A stretch of DNA of 62,996 nt, counting the filler, from Neolecta irregularis DAH-3 (Eukaryota): NCBI GenBank assembly GCA_001929475.1. It is 7 parts of 7 records of this genome, joined end to end, with 100 filler letters (N's around TTAATTAATTAA, not from the genome) between each part and the next. Parts side by side here need not be neighbours in the genome. Positions count along the whole stretch, not along the records: positions 1 to 19,510 come from LXFE01000358.1; 6 more parts are not named here. The stretch is one strand, 5' to 3'. The position numbers and the translations under genes were made by a program. Under the pieces are notes generated by a model, which made no database searches, was not told where the DNA came from, and worked only from the letters and a program-made list of their open reading frames with translations. Positions 1 to 10,753 of this stretch are shown here, one piece after another. The stretch's first letter is position 1; the number at the start of each line of letters is the position of its first letter.

Positions 1-119
1 ACATATTGGAATATCTCGATATCACCGAATATTGCAATAAGTGGGTCAATCTTGTGGCTGGCGAACACACCCTAATTTTTATATCACACATGGCAGGGGA
101 AAGATAATGGTATATTGAC

Positions 120-639
120 TTAAGCGCTCTTCTTAGCCTTGGCCAAGGCCTTCGAAATAACAGATCTCCGTTCTTTCTTCAACTTCATAACCTGAAATCG
201 TTCGAAATCCGAAAGTTGACGTCTCTTTTCACGGATTGCAAGTCTCTTGGCCCACGCAGTCGAGTTCCATTTATCTTCGACACCTGCTGCTTCCCATTTC
301 TTGGATACGACTCCAGCTCGGGCTCCTCGTGGAAATTTAGGAATCACGATTTGTGTGAGGGATATATTGTTGAAAGAAATTGCTTGACGGGGGACTCCGG
401 TCTTGGGACCATCGATTAATGCCTGTTCTTGTCAGATTTCCGGGTCCACCAAAAAATATCTGTACTCTCTTGTGATCGATGATTTCGACGATGGCAGCGA
501 GTTTTCCGGCAAAAGGTCCGACCGTTAGGAGAACGACTCGACCGACTTGAACGTATCGCTTGAAAGTGCTCTTCTATTTCATCCAGTTAGCATTCCAAGC
601 AGAATGAAAGAAGAAGTGTACTTCTTGTGTGGCCGACAT
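120..639 (-). CDS. RPL14: 60S ribosomal protein L14 (eL14), 2 introns
   Basis: Spliced reading [61 protein letters not shown] introns. Confidence 0.97.
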
Positions 640-698
640 TTGGTGGTAGGATTTACGAGGACTCTATGGGCGTTTGGTGGTGAGGTCTACGAAACTAC

Positions 699-739
699 CA
701 GTCACTCACAGCATAATTTCCAATTTAGGGAACCCTTAA
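699..739. promoter_or_regulatory. Possible ribosomal-protein promoter elements: Homol-D-like CAGTCACT (699-706) and Tbf1-like inverted pair TTAGGG-aa-CCCTTAA (725-739)
   Basis: Lies 60-100 bp upstream of the RPL14 ATG; 7/8 match to the S. pombe Homol D box CAGTCACA. Confidence 0.35.
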
Positions 740-831
740 TTTCTGATCCTTTGTTCATCCTTTCGACATCTCTCACTTCAACAATACTTTTCAACAGGTA
801 TGATTTCTTTTCACATTTTTTAAATTCCCTT

Positions 832-931
832 TAAATGATGAATAAATTTGCGTTCGAGAACTAATGACCTGGAAATCACGCCTGATTTCATAACAGGCTT
901 GGTAACATGCGACCGTTTATTCTCTGACTTT
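832..931 (+). ncRNA. Candidate intronic box C/D RNA, target unassigned
   Basis: Perfect C box ATGATGA 835-841 and D box CTGA 924-927 inside intron 1; extensive internal self-complementarity. Confidence 0.55.
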
Positions 932-1062
932 ATTGTCGCTTTTTACGATTGGGTTCAGAAATCGTGTTGATATCTTCTAGAAACTCACTATCTCTGAATA
1001 TACGGTGTTGATTTCGCCGCCCCCGAGGAGGCTTTTTGAGGGTATGTATCATTTTTCAAATT

Positions 1063-1133
1063 TTCCATTGATGAGACCCATCGCTCATGATTACTATGAT
1101 TATGTAATAATTATCACCAAGATCTCTGAGGAA
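1063..1133 (+). ncRNA. Box C/D snoRNA, U24/snR24-type guide
   Basis: C box TTGATGA 1068, D' ATGA 1087, C'-like ATGATTA 1096, D box CTGA 1126; terminal TTCC/GGAA stem; guide ATCACCAAGATCT complementary to conserved LSU rRNA AGAUCUUGGUGGU. Confidence 0.85.
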
Positions 1134-1838
1134 TTTCTACTCATAACATCTTTTTCAGCTGTTTTACTGACAGTGTATTAGGGCTTATTGATTTGCAAAG
1201 GTCAAGGGTCTGCCTTCTGTTCGGTAGTCTAGCTGTATATATTTATTGCGGTAAATTCATTACCTCGTCTTACTTTCCCTATCCACGACTCTACTATTAT
1301 AGAATTCATATCAATGAACAGACCATAACCTCTGGAGCGGGTCTTTGGACCTTTTGAAACAGCAGATGGCATTGCTTTTAAGCGGCTCATCTTGCATGAC
1401 CAGATTTGCAAAATTGTCATTCAGAAAAATTGTCAAGTAGAGACAGAGGTAGAAGCGGAGAAATGAAGTCTTGGCTTTTATTACGGAATTTTTCGCTAAC
1501 CGGGCTGGAGGGATGGCAGTTTGCATTGTGTGATTGGAAAGAACATTTGAGGCAGCTTTCATTATACATGCGGGGATGATCATTACTCATGTGGCGTTTG
1601 AACCCCACCTTGGCTCAGAACAACAGATTGTCAGAATTGCATCCTGCTCATAGTAAAACACTTGGCTTGCACCTTTATCTAATTAAACCCACGATTTGGA
1701 TCATTTTCAATCACTCTATGTATGCATATATGCTTGGGAAGGTCATTTATAATTCAAATGGAACGGCGTTATAGAGACATCACTCTCTCATATGTCACAG
1801 CCCTTATTTTAACTGTGAACCTAACAATAGAAACGGGC

Positions 1839-2177
1839 TACAGTCAAACCTGGTTACAGGGAACCTCCGTATAACGAATTACCCGTTATAGCGAATCCAA
1901 CTCTCTGCCAAAATTGATGTGTACGGGGTTTAACGAATTTAAACCATACAACGAAGTTCATTTGATTAATGCAAAATTCGTTATATGAAAGCTCTGTGAT
2001 TACAATTGAGCAAAAGATTGCTCTGCCTACCCACCACTGCGGATGGGCTGTGCCACTGACTTGGGCTTAGCACCCATGGGCCTGGATTGGCAGGCAGGCA
2101 GGTTAGGCAACTGCCCTGAACACACTGCTTATTTAAGCCCAGTGCCACATTCGTTATATCCAGGTTTACGATATGTA
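1839..2177. mobile_element. Degenerate pogo/Tigger-type (Tc1-mariner) MITE
   Basis: TA-CAGTCAAACCTGG at the left end, TTCGTTATATCCAGGTTT..TG-TA at the right end, repeated ATAACGAA/TTCGTTAT motifs inside; no transposase ORF. Confidence 0.6.
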
Positions 2178-2393
2178 AAGCTTATGCACATTTCACCCGG
2201 TTCTCGGCGAATAATGGATCCTACTCCTAGGAAGAGATGCAATTCCGGGTGGCAAGCACCCAACTCGGCGTGGCATTCCGAGGTCGAAATCTATAAAAGG
2301 GCATCTGTTGTCCCTTCAATCTCCAGCAGCGTCATCAAGCTTCTTGTTTCCTTGCCTTGAAACCTTCTATCGCTCCTCACAAAACCTTCACCA

Positions 2394-2554
2394 TGAGCCA
2401 AATACAACCATTCGAAAACCCCTTTGAATGGGATCGAAAAAATAGCCAGCCTGTTGATGACCTCTTCTCGCATGACCGATGGTTTGAAGCTACCTATCTA
2501 AAACGCACTAATTTTGAAAGACACAATGTGTTTGGCAATGCAGTTGAAAAGTGA
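2394..2554 (+). CDS. Putative 53-aa microprotein (MSQIQPFENPFEWD...)
   Basis: TATAAAA at ~2292, CT-rich leader and CACCATG start context; no recognised homology. Confidence 0.4.
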
Positions 2555-2775
2555 TTTCGTTGGTTTGGAAGCATGCACGTCTGGGATGATTCTTGCGAAT
2601 GTTTTATAGCTGAATTGCCTTGTTAGTTCATCAAAAGCTTGCTTTCTTCAATAAGGAATGGCGGGGTAACGGCGGTTCCCGGACCGTCTTGTCCGCAAAA
2701 TCCCGTTGCCCCAAATTTTGAACCTGCTTGTTTCCCTCCTCGCCTTGTTCATCCTCGTAGTTTTGCTTTTTTGCC

Positions 2776-2974
2776 ATGCATGCTCAGACTAAACAGCGCA
2801 TTTTGGCACTCTCGATGGTCACATTTGCTTCGGGGTTCTTTGGCTTGTGGGTACAGGGGCGTCATAGATTTGTACTTCCTCACTCCGGAACGCCTCTTAC
2901 ACCCACAGCTCGTTCAGCAGCGCGGGATAGAGGATATATGCGATTTTCTTCCCAATGAGCATGGACATGGCTGA
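2776..2974 (+). CDS. Putative 46-aa single-TM microprotein, one intron (2851-2908)
   Basis: GCCATG start; phase-0 GT..CAG intron gives MHAQTKQRILALSMVTFASGFFGLW|LVQQRGIEDICDFLPNEHGHG. Confidence 0.45.
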
Positions 2975-3282
2975 TAATCACTTGTTTGGTCAAAATTCTC
3001 TGTTCTTCGGATGCGCAATTTGGTTTTAATGGTTACATGAGGGGGTTCGATGTATCTTTGGTAACTTTGCATTTTTGAAATGAATTCTAGCAATAAGCCT
3101 CAAAGAGTTTTCCCAGTCCAGGTGAGAGACATCAGGGACTCCTTCCCCTTGCAACCCAACCAATCTAGAGGCTACGCGATCTAGAACTCCCTGCGCTCTT
3201 TTTCGTAACCAAAGCAACGCAAGATTGTCCCTAAAAGTCGATCGGCAGCTCCAGTCGTCATTGTAGTTTGTCCCGAGGAACG

Positions 3283-3638
3283 ATGTCAAGACCGAGCTTG
3301 ACCCCTCGCAATCTGGCTTTCTTAGCTATAGCTGCATCGATGGCTGCGGGTGGGGCCATGTACGGTGCCTCACTGAAAGAAAAACATGAAATATTAGAGG
3401 TGCGCATTATTATTATCTCTAAACCGAGAAGTCAACATGATTAGGTGAAAGCGGAATATGATCGGAAAGCGTCAGACGAGAAGATGATACGGTAAATTGC
3501 ACTGCAGGTAAGGTATTCACAGTTAGATTGATGAAATTTCGAGATGAATTAATGGTTGAACGGAGGGCCCATGCGGAAAAATTGTACAAATTGGAGATCA
3601 AGCAAAGTTCCGAAGAGATGACCCAGAAGAATTTATAA
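3283..3638 (+). CDS. Small (~91 aa) N-terminal TM plus coiled-coil protein, 2 introns
   Basis: Spliced MSRPSLTPRNLAFLAIAASMAAGGAMYGASLKEKHEILE|VKAEYDRKASDEKMIR|LMKFRDELMVERR...; GAxYGAxLK recalls a small conserved ascomycete hypothetical protein. Confidence 0.65.
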
Positions 3639-3825
3639 ATAATTTTATCTCGTTTTCAGTTATCAATGACACCTTTTACATTTCTATCGTCCCAGATATC
3701 CCATTTGGCGTGAATTGTTTTAACCTCGGAGAACCTTTGTATGATGTATGACTATACTGTACAGAAACAGGAGGCCGACGATTCAAACTACGGCACCTTA
3801 TAAAAATGTCCAAGAGCGGGTGGAA

Positions 3826-5673
3826 ATGATTTTTAACAATACCAGCCTTCTGATCGTCTCCTTGCATCGATTTTTAGACATATGGCTGCCACCGCTCATC
3901 ACAAAAAATCCTCGCCAAAATCCTCAAGCAATGATTGTTGTTGGTATCTGAATTGGTTGCGTGATTTTGTACTGATCATTTAAGCCGTTATACTCGCTCT
4001 CGTCGCTTTTGTATGGTATCGATACCCGCAAAATGCCATTGGAACTCGACCTCGACCGGATTTAAAAGGACCACAGGGTTACCCGCTGTATACAACTATT
4101 GTTCAGCTTAGTATTAACCAGAAGCATTGGAAATTTATTCGAAGTTCTTGGTCAAGGTCATCGAATTCTGGAGAATTTACTTAACGACTGGCAGACCTAT
4201 GGTCCTGGATGCTCTGTATGGCCTCCTATTTTCGTCACTAATCAGTGAGATAACAATTCCTTTCGGTGGAAGACTGATCAGCGTCAATACACCTGAACAA
4301 CTCGCTCATATTCTCAAAAGCAATTTCGATAATTACGTTAAAGGTCGCTTTATTCACGAGATTTCGCATGAAGTGCTTGGCCATGGAATCTTCAATGCGG
4401 ATGGAGAGAAATGGAGATATCAAAGAAAGGTGGCAAGGTATTTCTACCATCTGCTGCTCTCATTTCATAGTCATATCTTCACAGCTTCTGCATTCAAAGG
4501 GCTGATTTCTGATGTTATCAATGATGAGATTGCAAACCTTCTTCTGATCCTCAAGAGCTATTCGGAATCCGGAGAAGCTTTCAATATTTCGGACCTATTC
4601 TTTCGTATGACTCTCGATATATTCGCAAAAATATCGGTTTCGCAAGAGTTTCATTGTCTCACTTCGTACAAGTCTTCCGATCACCCCGCTCTTGCAAGAG
4701 CTATCGAGGAGGCTGCCTATACCTCTGACCTTAGAACACGGAATCCATTTTGGAAGATTACGGAATTACTTACGGGAAAGAATAAAGATATCAAAAAATG
4801 GGTTACTGATATCAACACGGTAAGAAAAATACTATATATACCTTTTGACATGTAGTGGGCGTATGGCATCATCGCCAAACGAAGGAAGCAACTCGATGAC
4901 TGTAAAGAGGAGCGAAAGGACTTGCTTTCTTTATTCATGGCCTACCGAGATGAGAATGATCGACCGTTATCTGATGAAGAATTGCGCGACATCATCTTCA
5001 ATTTCATCCTTGCAGGGCGCGATACGTAGGATCTTTTTCCTGTATTCGATTGACCTTTCAAAGGACTGCCCAAGCGTCGACCTGGCTTATTCATCATATC
5101 CTGAAAAATCCTGAAACAATAACGCCTCTTCATGAAGAGATATCACGTTTACCTACACCAACTTACGAATCACAAGGAGCACATGTATATGTCAACGCTC
5201 TTATATTGGAGTCTCTAAGACTTGAGCCAGTCTTGCCAAAAAGCGTCAAGACTGTAAAAAATTGGCAAGATGTTTGCTAATGGAAGGCTATCCATGATGA
5301 CATTCTTCCTGGTGGAGTTCTTGTTCAGGCAGGAGACAAAATTTGTTATTCCGCATACGTCATGGGACGTCTTGCTGAAATCTGGGGCGAAGACGTTCTT
5401 CGATTCCGTCCAGAGCGTTGGATCGACAGCGAGGGAAAGTTGAAACGCGAGAGTGCATTTAAATATCCGGTGTTCAATGCTGGTCCAAGAATTTGCCTTG
5501 GTCAAGCATTCGCAACTTTCGAGCTTGTTGTTTTTATCAGTCGTATATTCGAGGCATTTGACGTCAAAAGAGCAGTTGATGTTCAGAAAGAGGAAGATGT
5601 TCGATACGCGGAAAGTCTGACACATCCTATGGTAGGTGGGTTGTGGGTCAGAGTTGTTTCTAGGAAAGTGTAA
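3826..5673 (+). CDS. Cytochrome P450, CYP86/94/704-like fatty-acid omega-hydroxylase type; multi-intron, start approximate
   Basis: LGHGIFNADGEKW, LRDIILNFILAGRDT, ESLR, FRPERW and heme motif FNAGPRICLG. Confidence 0.95.
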
Positions 5674-5796
5674 CTGATTATGGTGATTGTCTTTTGATGG
5701 GTTTGTATATACAGTTACGTCGCAGATTTTATCCTAGACCTCATATTTACCATTATTCTTAGAAATCACTGCATTCACGTGTACCCTATCGTTCAT

Positions 5797-6165
5797 ATGG
5801 CGCTAATCTCAACACATCTTTTACTCTTACCTCGATCAGGGACTCTCACTCAAGTTGCGATTTACAGTCCAGTCAAGGTCGATCAAGAGCAAGTTCTGGT
5901 GATATGCCGTCATGATCGTGAAACTAAGGCTAGAATCTGGCCAAACTTGTTCTTGCCCAGGCTATTCTTCCGAAATCGTTTCAAATTTGCACGGGTAGCA
6001 AGAGTTATTTATTCAGTAGTGAAATTGCTTTACGATCAAACTGAGGAGATAGCTCGGATGGAATGGTCATGGCAGCTGCGCGGTCACGAAGTACAATACG
6101 AAGAGATAAAGATTGAGTGTGAAAATTGGAAGTGGAAGATTCATGTCAAAGACACGAGCTATTAA
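5797..6165 (+). CDS. Hypothetical intronless 122-aa ORF
   Basis: Open frame filling the intergenic space; no recognised motif. Confidence 0.3.
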   Translation: MALISTHLLLLPRSGTLTQVAIYSPVKVDQEQVLVICRHDRETKARIWPNLFLPRLFFRNRFKFARVARVIYSVVKLLYDQTEEIARMEWSWQLRGHEVQYEEIKIECENWKWKIHVKDTSY

Positions 6166-6271
6166 ATGCTGTATGCAAAATTTCTCGCATTTCAGTCGAT
6201 ACCAAATATAAAAAGATACACAAAATCGAATCATAAAACTAAAAACCACAATCTCCTTCCCAGAGATTTCC

Positions 6272-6529
6272 TCATATACCTGCCCTTCTCTGTCTGCAAG
6301 ATCCGCAAGTTAAACAAGAGATGATGACATCGAAGCACTAAAATAGTGAGAATGGTGTGTAATAGGACAGTGTACAGCAGCGATAGCACGAACGATCCCG
6401 GTTATTATACCAGCAATACCATTAACCTTGATTTTCAGTACTTCACCGAGAACTAATGCATACAATGGCCATCAAGCAAGAGCCGATTGCTTGCAATACA
6501 CCTGTGATACAGGAGACAATACAACCCAT
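6272..6529 (-). CDS. Small (~60 aa) Cys-rich amphipathic protein, 2 introns
   Basis: Spliced MGCIVSCITGVLQAIGSCLMAI|VNGIAGIITGIVRAIAA|CFDVIISCLTCGSCRQRRAGI; clean phase-0 introns; resembles a conserved small fungal hypothetical family; MGC N-terminus suggests lipidation. Confidence 0.8.
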
Positions 6530-6796
6530 TTTGAAGTATATTTCTTTGGTGTATTTCTTTGATCAAGCGTGAAGAAACTGGTGGGTTATGGCGAGTTTGA
6601 GTTATCAACGATGACGCTTGTCATAGGACTTATTTATAATAACAAGCCAACGCGTCATCGGCGGGACACTCGACTATCTTGTTTTGTATTTGCGACATTT
6701 TTCGATACGCTCTATTGTTCGTCTAGTCTATACAACTGACCAATACTACACACTTCTTCGATACGCTCTATTGTTCATCTAGTATACTGCACTCTA

Positions 6797-9700
6797 TTAC
6801 AACAGAATTCCTCCAATTAAGGCCGAGACCACCAGCACTAAGCCTTTCTCTGCGACTCTTTCAGCAGAATTAGAAAATTCCGGCAATGATGGTTTAGTCG
6901 AGCTCAACCCTAGCATGTTGCCATATTTACGGGTTGTTGCTGGCGTGCCCTTGGCGCTGGTATCACGTACACTTTGCAGGGCTCCGGTACCAGTGCAGTG
7001 AATGTTGCTGTCTTTCGAGCACAGCGCTTGTCCCAATGAAGCGGAGGCGCCTGCTTCAACAAGAAGATCTAGATGTAAGAAATCAATTCCTGTTGAGTGC
7101 AACCTTGAACGGATTCAATAGAAGAAGATGCAAATGCAGATGCAGATGCAGATGCAGATACTTTGATGTCGACTAAGACTGGTGATACTACCATGCTTGA
7201 GGTATCCCTCCATTCACATTTGCTGTCAGTAATAGCAATAGCCTTGTCCAAACGACCAACCTGCTTGGTCTCGCCATTCGGGTTGACCTTGACCAGAACA
7301 CATTCTTGCTCTGTATCGAGCTTGTCAATAACCTCGTGTTCACAAACAACCTTGGTGCAAGCAGTAGCATGTGATTTGACGAGAACCAAAACATTTCCGT
7401 GAGAGTCGCAAACGGTTTTATACACTACACTAGCCTCAGCATGGCTTTCGGCTTTGGCGATTAGCTGAACACTCCCAGTTGCCTGATCTCGGACAGCAAG
7501 AACCGGAGCTCGGGCATCAGTCAATGCAGGGCTAGACGAGCCGTCTTTGTAGATAACGTTGACAGTGGCAACGCCATTTGCTAAAGTCTGGCTGAAAGTA
7601 ACCTTAGCGATTGCTTCAGCATGAACAGATATGACCGGACTTCCGTATGTAGCTTGTACTTCAGCATCAGATCTAGCGTATGCTTGAGCAAAAACTCGAT
7701 TTTGACCATCTTGAACAAGGCGATAAGATGCATTTGCTCTAGCTTCAGAAAATGCGATGACTGTTTGTAGTGAATGGGCAGAGGTGGTAGATGATGCAGG
7801 ATTGCCTGAACAGAGAGTAGTGGTAGGTGCAACGATAGTGCTCGATGGTCGAAAAGCTCTCGTGGAGGAAATCTCGGCGTGGGGGCATTTTCGGGAGCAC
7901 GACTTCAAAGAAGAAGGAACGGAGGTTCCAACATGCCTGATCGTGCTTGTTATGGTTACGGTACTCGTGAAAGTCGGTCGTTGTATATGGGGGCGAACTG
8001 TAGACTTCACATGAGGTTTATCCCATTCGAAGTCAGAAAACAAATCTGAATCGAACGATGAAGATTCTATATCCGAACTTGATGTTGTGTCCGATTCGGA
8101 ATCAGATTCTGTATCCGAATCCGATGTCAGTATTATGACGGGCTCTAAGCCAGATGCTGTATCCAAACCTGATTTCCGTTTTGGGACCGACTCTGAATCA
8201 ACCTTTGTGAGCAACTCGGAATCAGATTCTGATTCTGTATCCGAATCAGATTCTGATTCTGTATCCGAATCAGATTCTGATTCTGTATCCGAATCCGATA
8301 TCAGTAGTATGACAGACTCTAAAGCAGGTGGTGTATCCAAACCCGATGTCGGTTTTGGGACCGACTCTGAATCAACCTTTTTGACCGACTCAGAATTAGG
8401 TTCTGTATTCAAATCTGATGTCAGTGGTATGACCGATTCTAAGGCAGGTGGTGTATCCAAACCCAATGTCTGTTTTGGGACCGACTCTGAATCAGCTTTT
8501 GTGACCAACTCGGAATTAGATTCTGTATCATCCGATGTCAGTGGTATGACCGATTCTAAAACAGGTGGTGTATCCAATGTCGGTTTTGGGGCAGACTCTG
8601 GATCAACCTTTGTTACCAACTCAGAATCAGAATCTGTATCCGGATTCGATGTCAGTGGTATGTCCGATTCTAAAACAGGTGGTGTATCCAATCCCGATGT
8701 CGGTATTGGGACCGACTCTGAATCAACCTTTGTGACCGACTCAGAACCGGAATCTGTATCCGAATTCGATGTCAGTGGTATGTCCGATTCTAAAACAGGT
8801 GGTGTATCCAATCCCGATGTCGGTTTTGGGACCGACTCTGAATCAACCTTTGTGACCGACTCGGAATCAGATTCCGATTCTTTATCCGATTCTGATGTCA
8901 ACGGTATGACCGATTCTAAAATAGGTGGTATATCCAAACCCGATGTCGGTTTTGGGGCGGACTCTAGATCAACCTTTGTTCCAAACTCGGAATCAGATTC
9001 TGTATCCGTCGGTTTTGGGACTTCTATATCCAAACCCAATGTAACGGTTGGGAGCGATTCTGAATCGACCTCTCTATCCAAACCTGATGTCGGTTTTGGG
9101 ACCGACTCTGGATCAACCTTTGTGACCGACTCGGAATCAGATTCAGATTCTGTATCCGATTCTGATGTCAGCGGTATGACCGATTCTAAAATAGGTGGTA
9201 TATCCAAACCCGATGTCGGTTTTGGAGCGGACTCTAGATCAACCTTTGTTACCAACTCGGAATCAGATTCTGTATCCGTCGGTTTTGGGACTGCTATATC
9301 CAAACCCAATGCAAGGGTTGGGAGCGATTCTGAATCGACCTCTCTATCCAAACCAGATGTCGGGGTTGGAACCGACTCTATATCCGAATCTGAAATTGAT
9401 TGTGTATCTAATAATTTTTCTGCATCTGTATCATAACCACAACATAAAGGCGATTCTGTCGTCTTATGGACAATTACATCAGATTTCGGTTTTAAATGTA
9501 AATCGGAGTGCGATTCCGACTCCCAAACGATGCTAGAATCTGGGTCCCAATCAGAATCGGAGGAATCTTTATCTCCGACTCCCCATCCATTAAACCATCG
9601 AGTCCAGAAACTGGTTGACTTATCTTCCTTGCTGTCTTCAAGACCAGGAAACACAATTGCAATTTTGTGATGGTGAATTTCTAATTGAGCTGTTTTTGCG

Positions 9701-10753
9701 GGCGGTCCCACGATTTCGATATCGTTCCTCAAGTTATCGAGAATTATGTTTCCATATTGTGTAGCAGTGGAGAGGAAACTGTCTTTTAGGAAATGTCGGA
9801 AGGTATCATTCCTTGCCAACTTATCGTACAACTCATCCAAGTAAAACGCCATGCCACGTTTGACAGCTTCTTGGTCGGGTAGATTTCCAAATACTAGATA
9901 GTAACGAATCAGATTGGCGGTTTTACTTTCGTTATCTATCGTAATTCTGGCGACTTCGTCTTTAAAATCGCTGATTGAAACAGCCTCGTCAATGGGTTCC
10001 TCCTTATATAAGGAATTTTCCAGAAAACTGGACTTTCTCGGAGAATAGGGCGAAGCAGCATCGTCGTCAGATATTTCATCTGAAGTGTGATCAACGGGAT
10101 TAATCATGATAGGCTGCTTTTGACCTAATGCTCGGCCATCAATAGGTTTCTCAAGAGCAGAAAGATCTTGAATTTGAGATGTTGAATGAGCGGTTGGTGT
10201 GGAGGCTTGGGTCATTGAATAGACTTCGCCATCGTAAAGGAATTCCAAACTGAAGACCCCGTCTTGATTGAGCAACTTGGCTTCGCCATATTTAGATATG
10301 CGTTTCTCTGCATACAATTCGCTTATTAGAGAAGTAACTTCATTGGCGACAAGCTCGCTCTGCTCAGTAACTGGAATATTAAGGTGTTTAAGCGCTTGCG
10401 GAACTGTCTTGACAAGTTTTTCGAGGATGACCGAAACTCCGTAATGAATAGCGAACTTGTCCCGATTACCCGCAGTTCGACTGTATTGAACCTTGTTGGC
10501 AAGTTCAGCTTTCAAGTCATGAACCTGTCTAGAAATGAGTTCTTGAGCTGTTTCCCACTACACTCTTAGTTGAATTATCATCCCATCATCATACGGATTG
10601 AGGTCCATCGGATTCTTGAAGGGTAACACTACCGATCGGGGCAATGGGCAGTACTGTTGGAGTAGTATTGCCAAGCTCAGAGTTGGGCGGTGCGGCATAG
10701 ACAGCAAGAGTGGATAAGAGTAGGCATAGCGTACTAAGCTTTGAGGAAATCAT
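6797..10753 (-). CDS. Large (~1300 aa) secreted, probably GPI-anchored, Ser/Asp/Thr-repeat surface protein
   Basis: Signal peptide MISSKLSTLCLLLSTLAVYA in a 5' exon; 1148-codon central ORF; intron near 7070-7104 leads to the tail FSNSAERVAEKGLVLVVSALIGGILL. Confidence 0.85.
8085..9395 (-). repeat. Coding tandem repeats: ~120-bp units (SDTESESDSESVTKVDSESVPKPTSGLDTPPVLESVIPLT), a 270-bp higher-order duplication and 24-bp ESESDSDT units
   Basis: Near-identical blocks at 8641/8761 (period 120), 8881/9151 (period 270) and 8235-8290 (period 24). Confidence 0.95.

Larger units (their letters stand above)
745..1250 (+). ncRNA. Non-coding snoRNA host transcript with two introns (798-980, 1042-1181); ends approximate
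   Basis: GTATGA and GTATGT donors, TACTGAC branch at 1165, TAG acceptors; predicted exons contain no ATG; each intron holds a C/D motif pair. Confidence 0.7.

Noticed and set aside
760-1010. Intron-containing U3 snoRNA
   Set aside because: The spliced exons do not give the box A sequence GAUCAUUUCUAUAG
1229-1774. Short overlapping ORFs
   Set aside because: No motif and no consistent splice path found
2664-2722. GC stem followed by an Sm-like AAUUUUG (snRNA or telomerase RNA 3' end)
   Set aside because: No U1/U2/U4/U5 hallmark sequences and no telomeric template nearby
6701-6790. Direct repeat TTCGATACGCTCTATTGTTC x2 (CRISPR-like spacing)
   Set aside because: Only two copies, in a eukaryotic 3' UTR; a simple local duplication
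8087-9436. 449-aa plus-strand ORF
   Set aside because: Antisense shadow of the stop-free Ser/Asp repeats; no ATG start or independent signal
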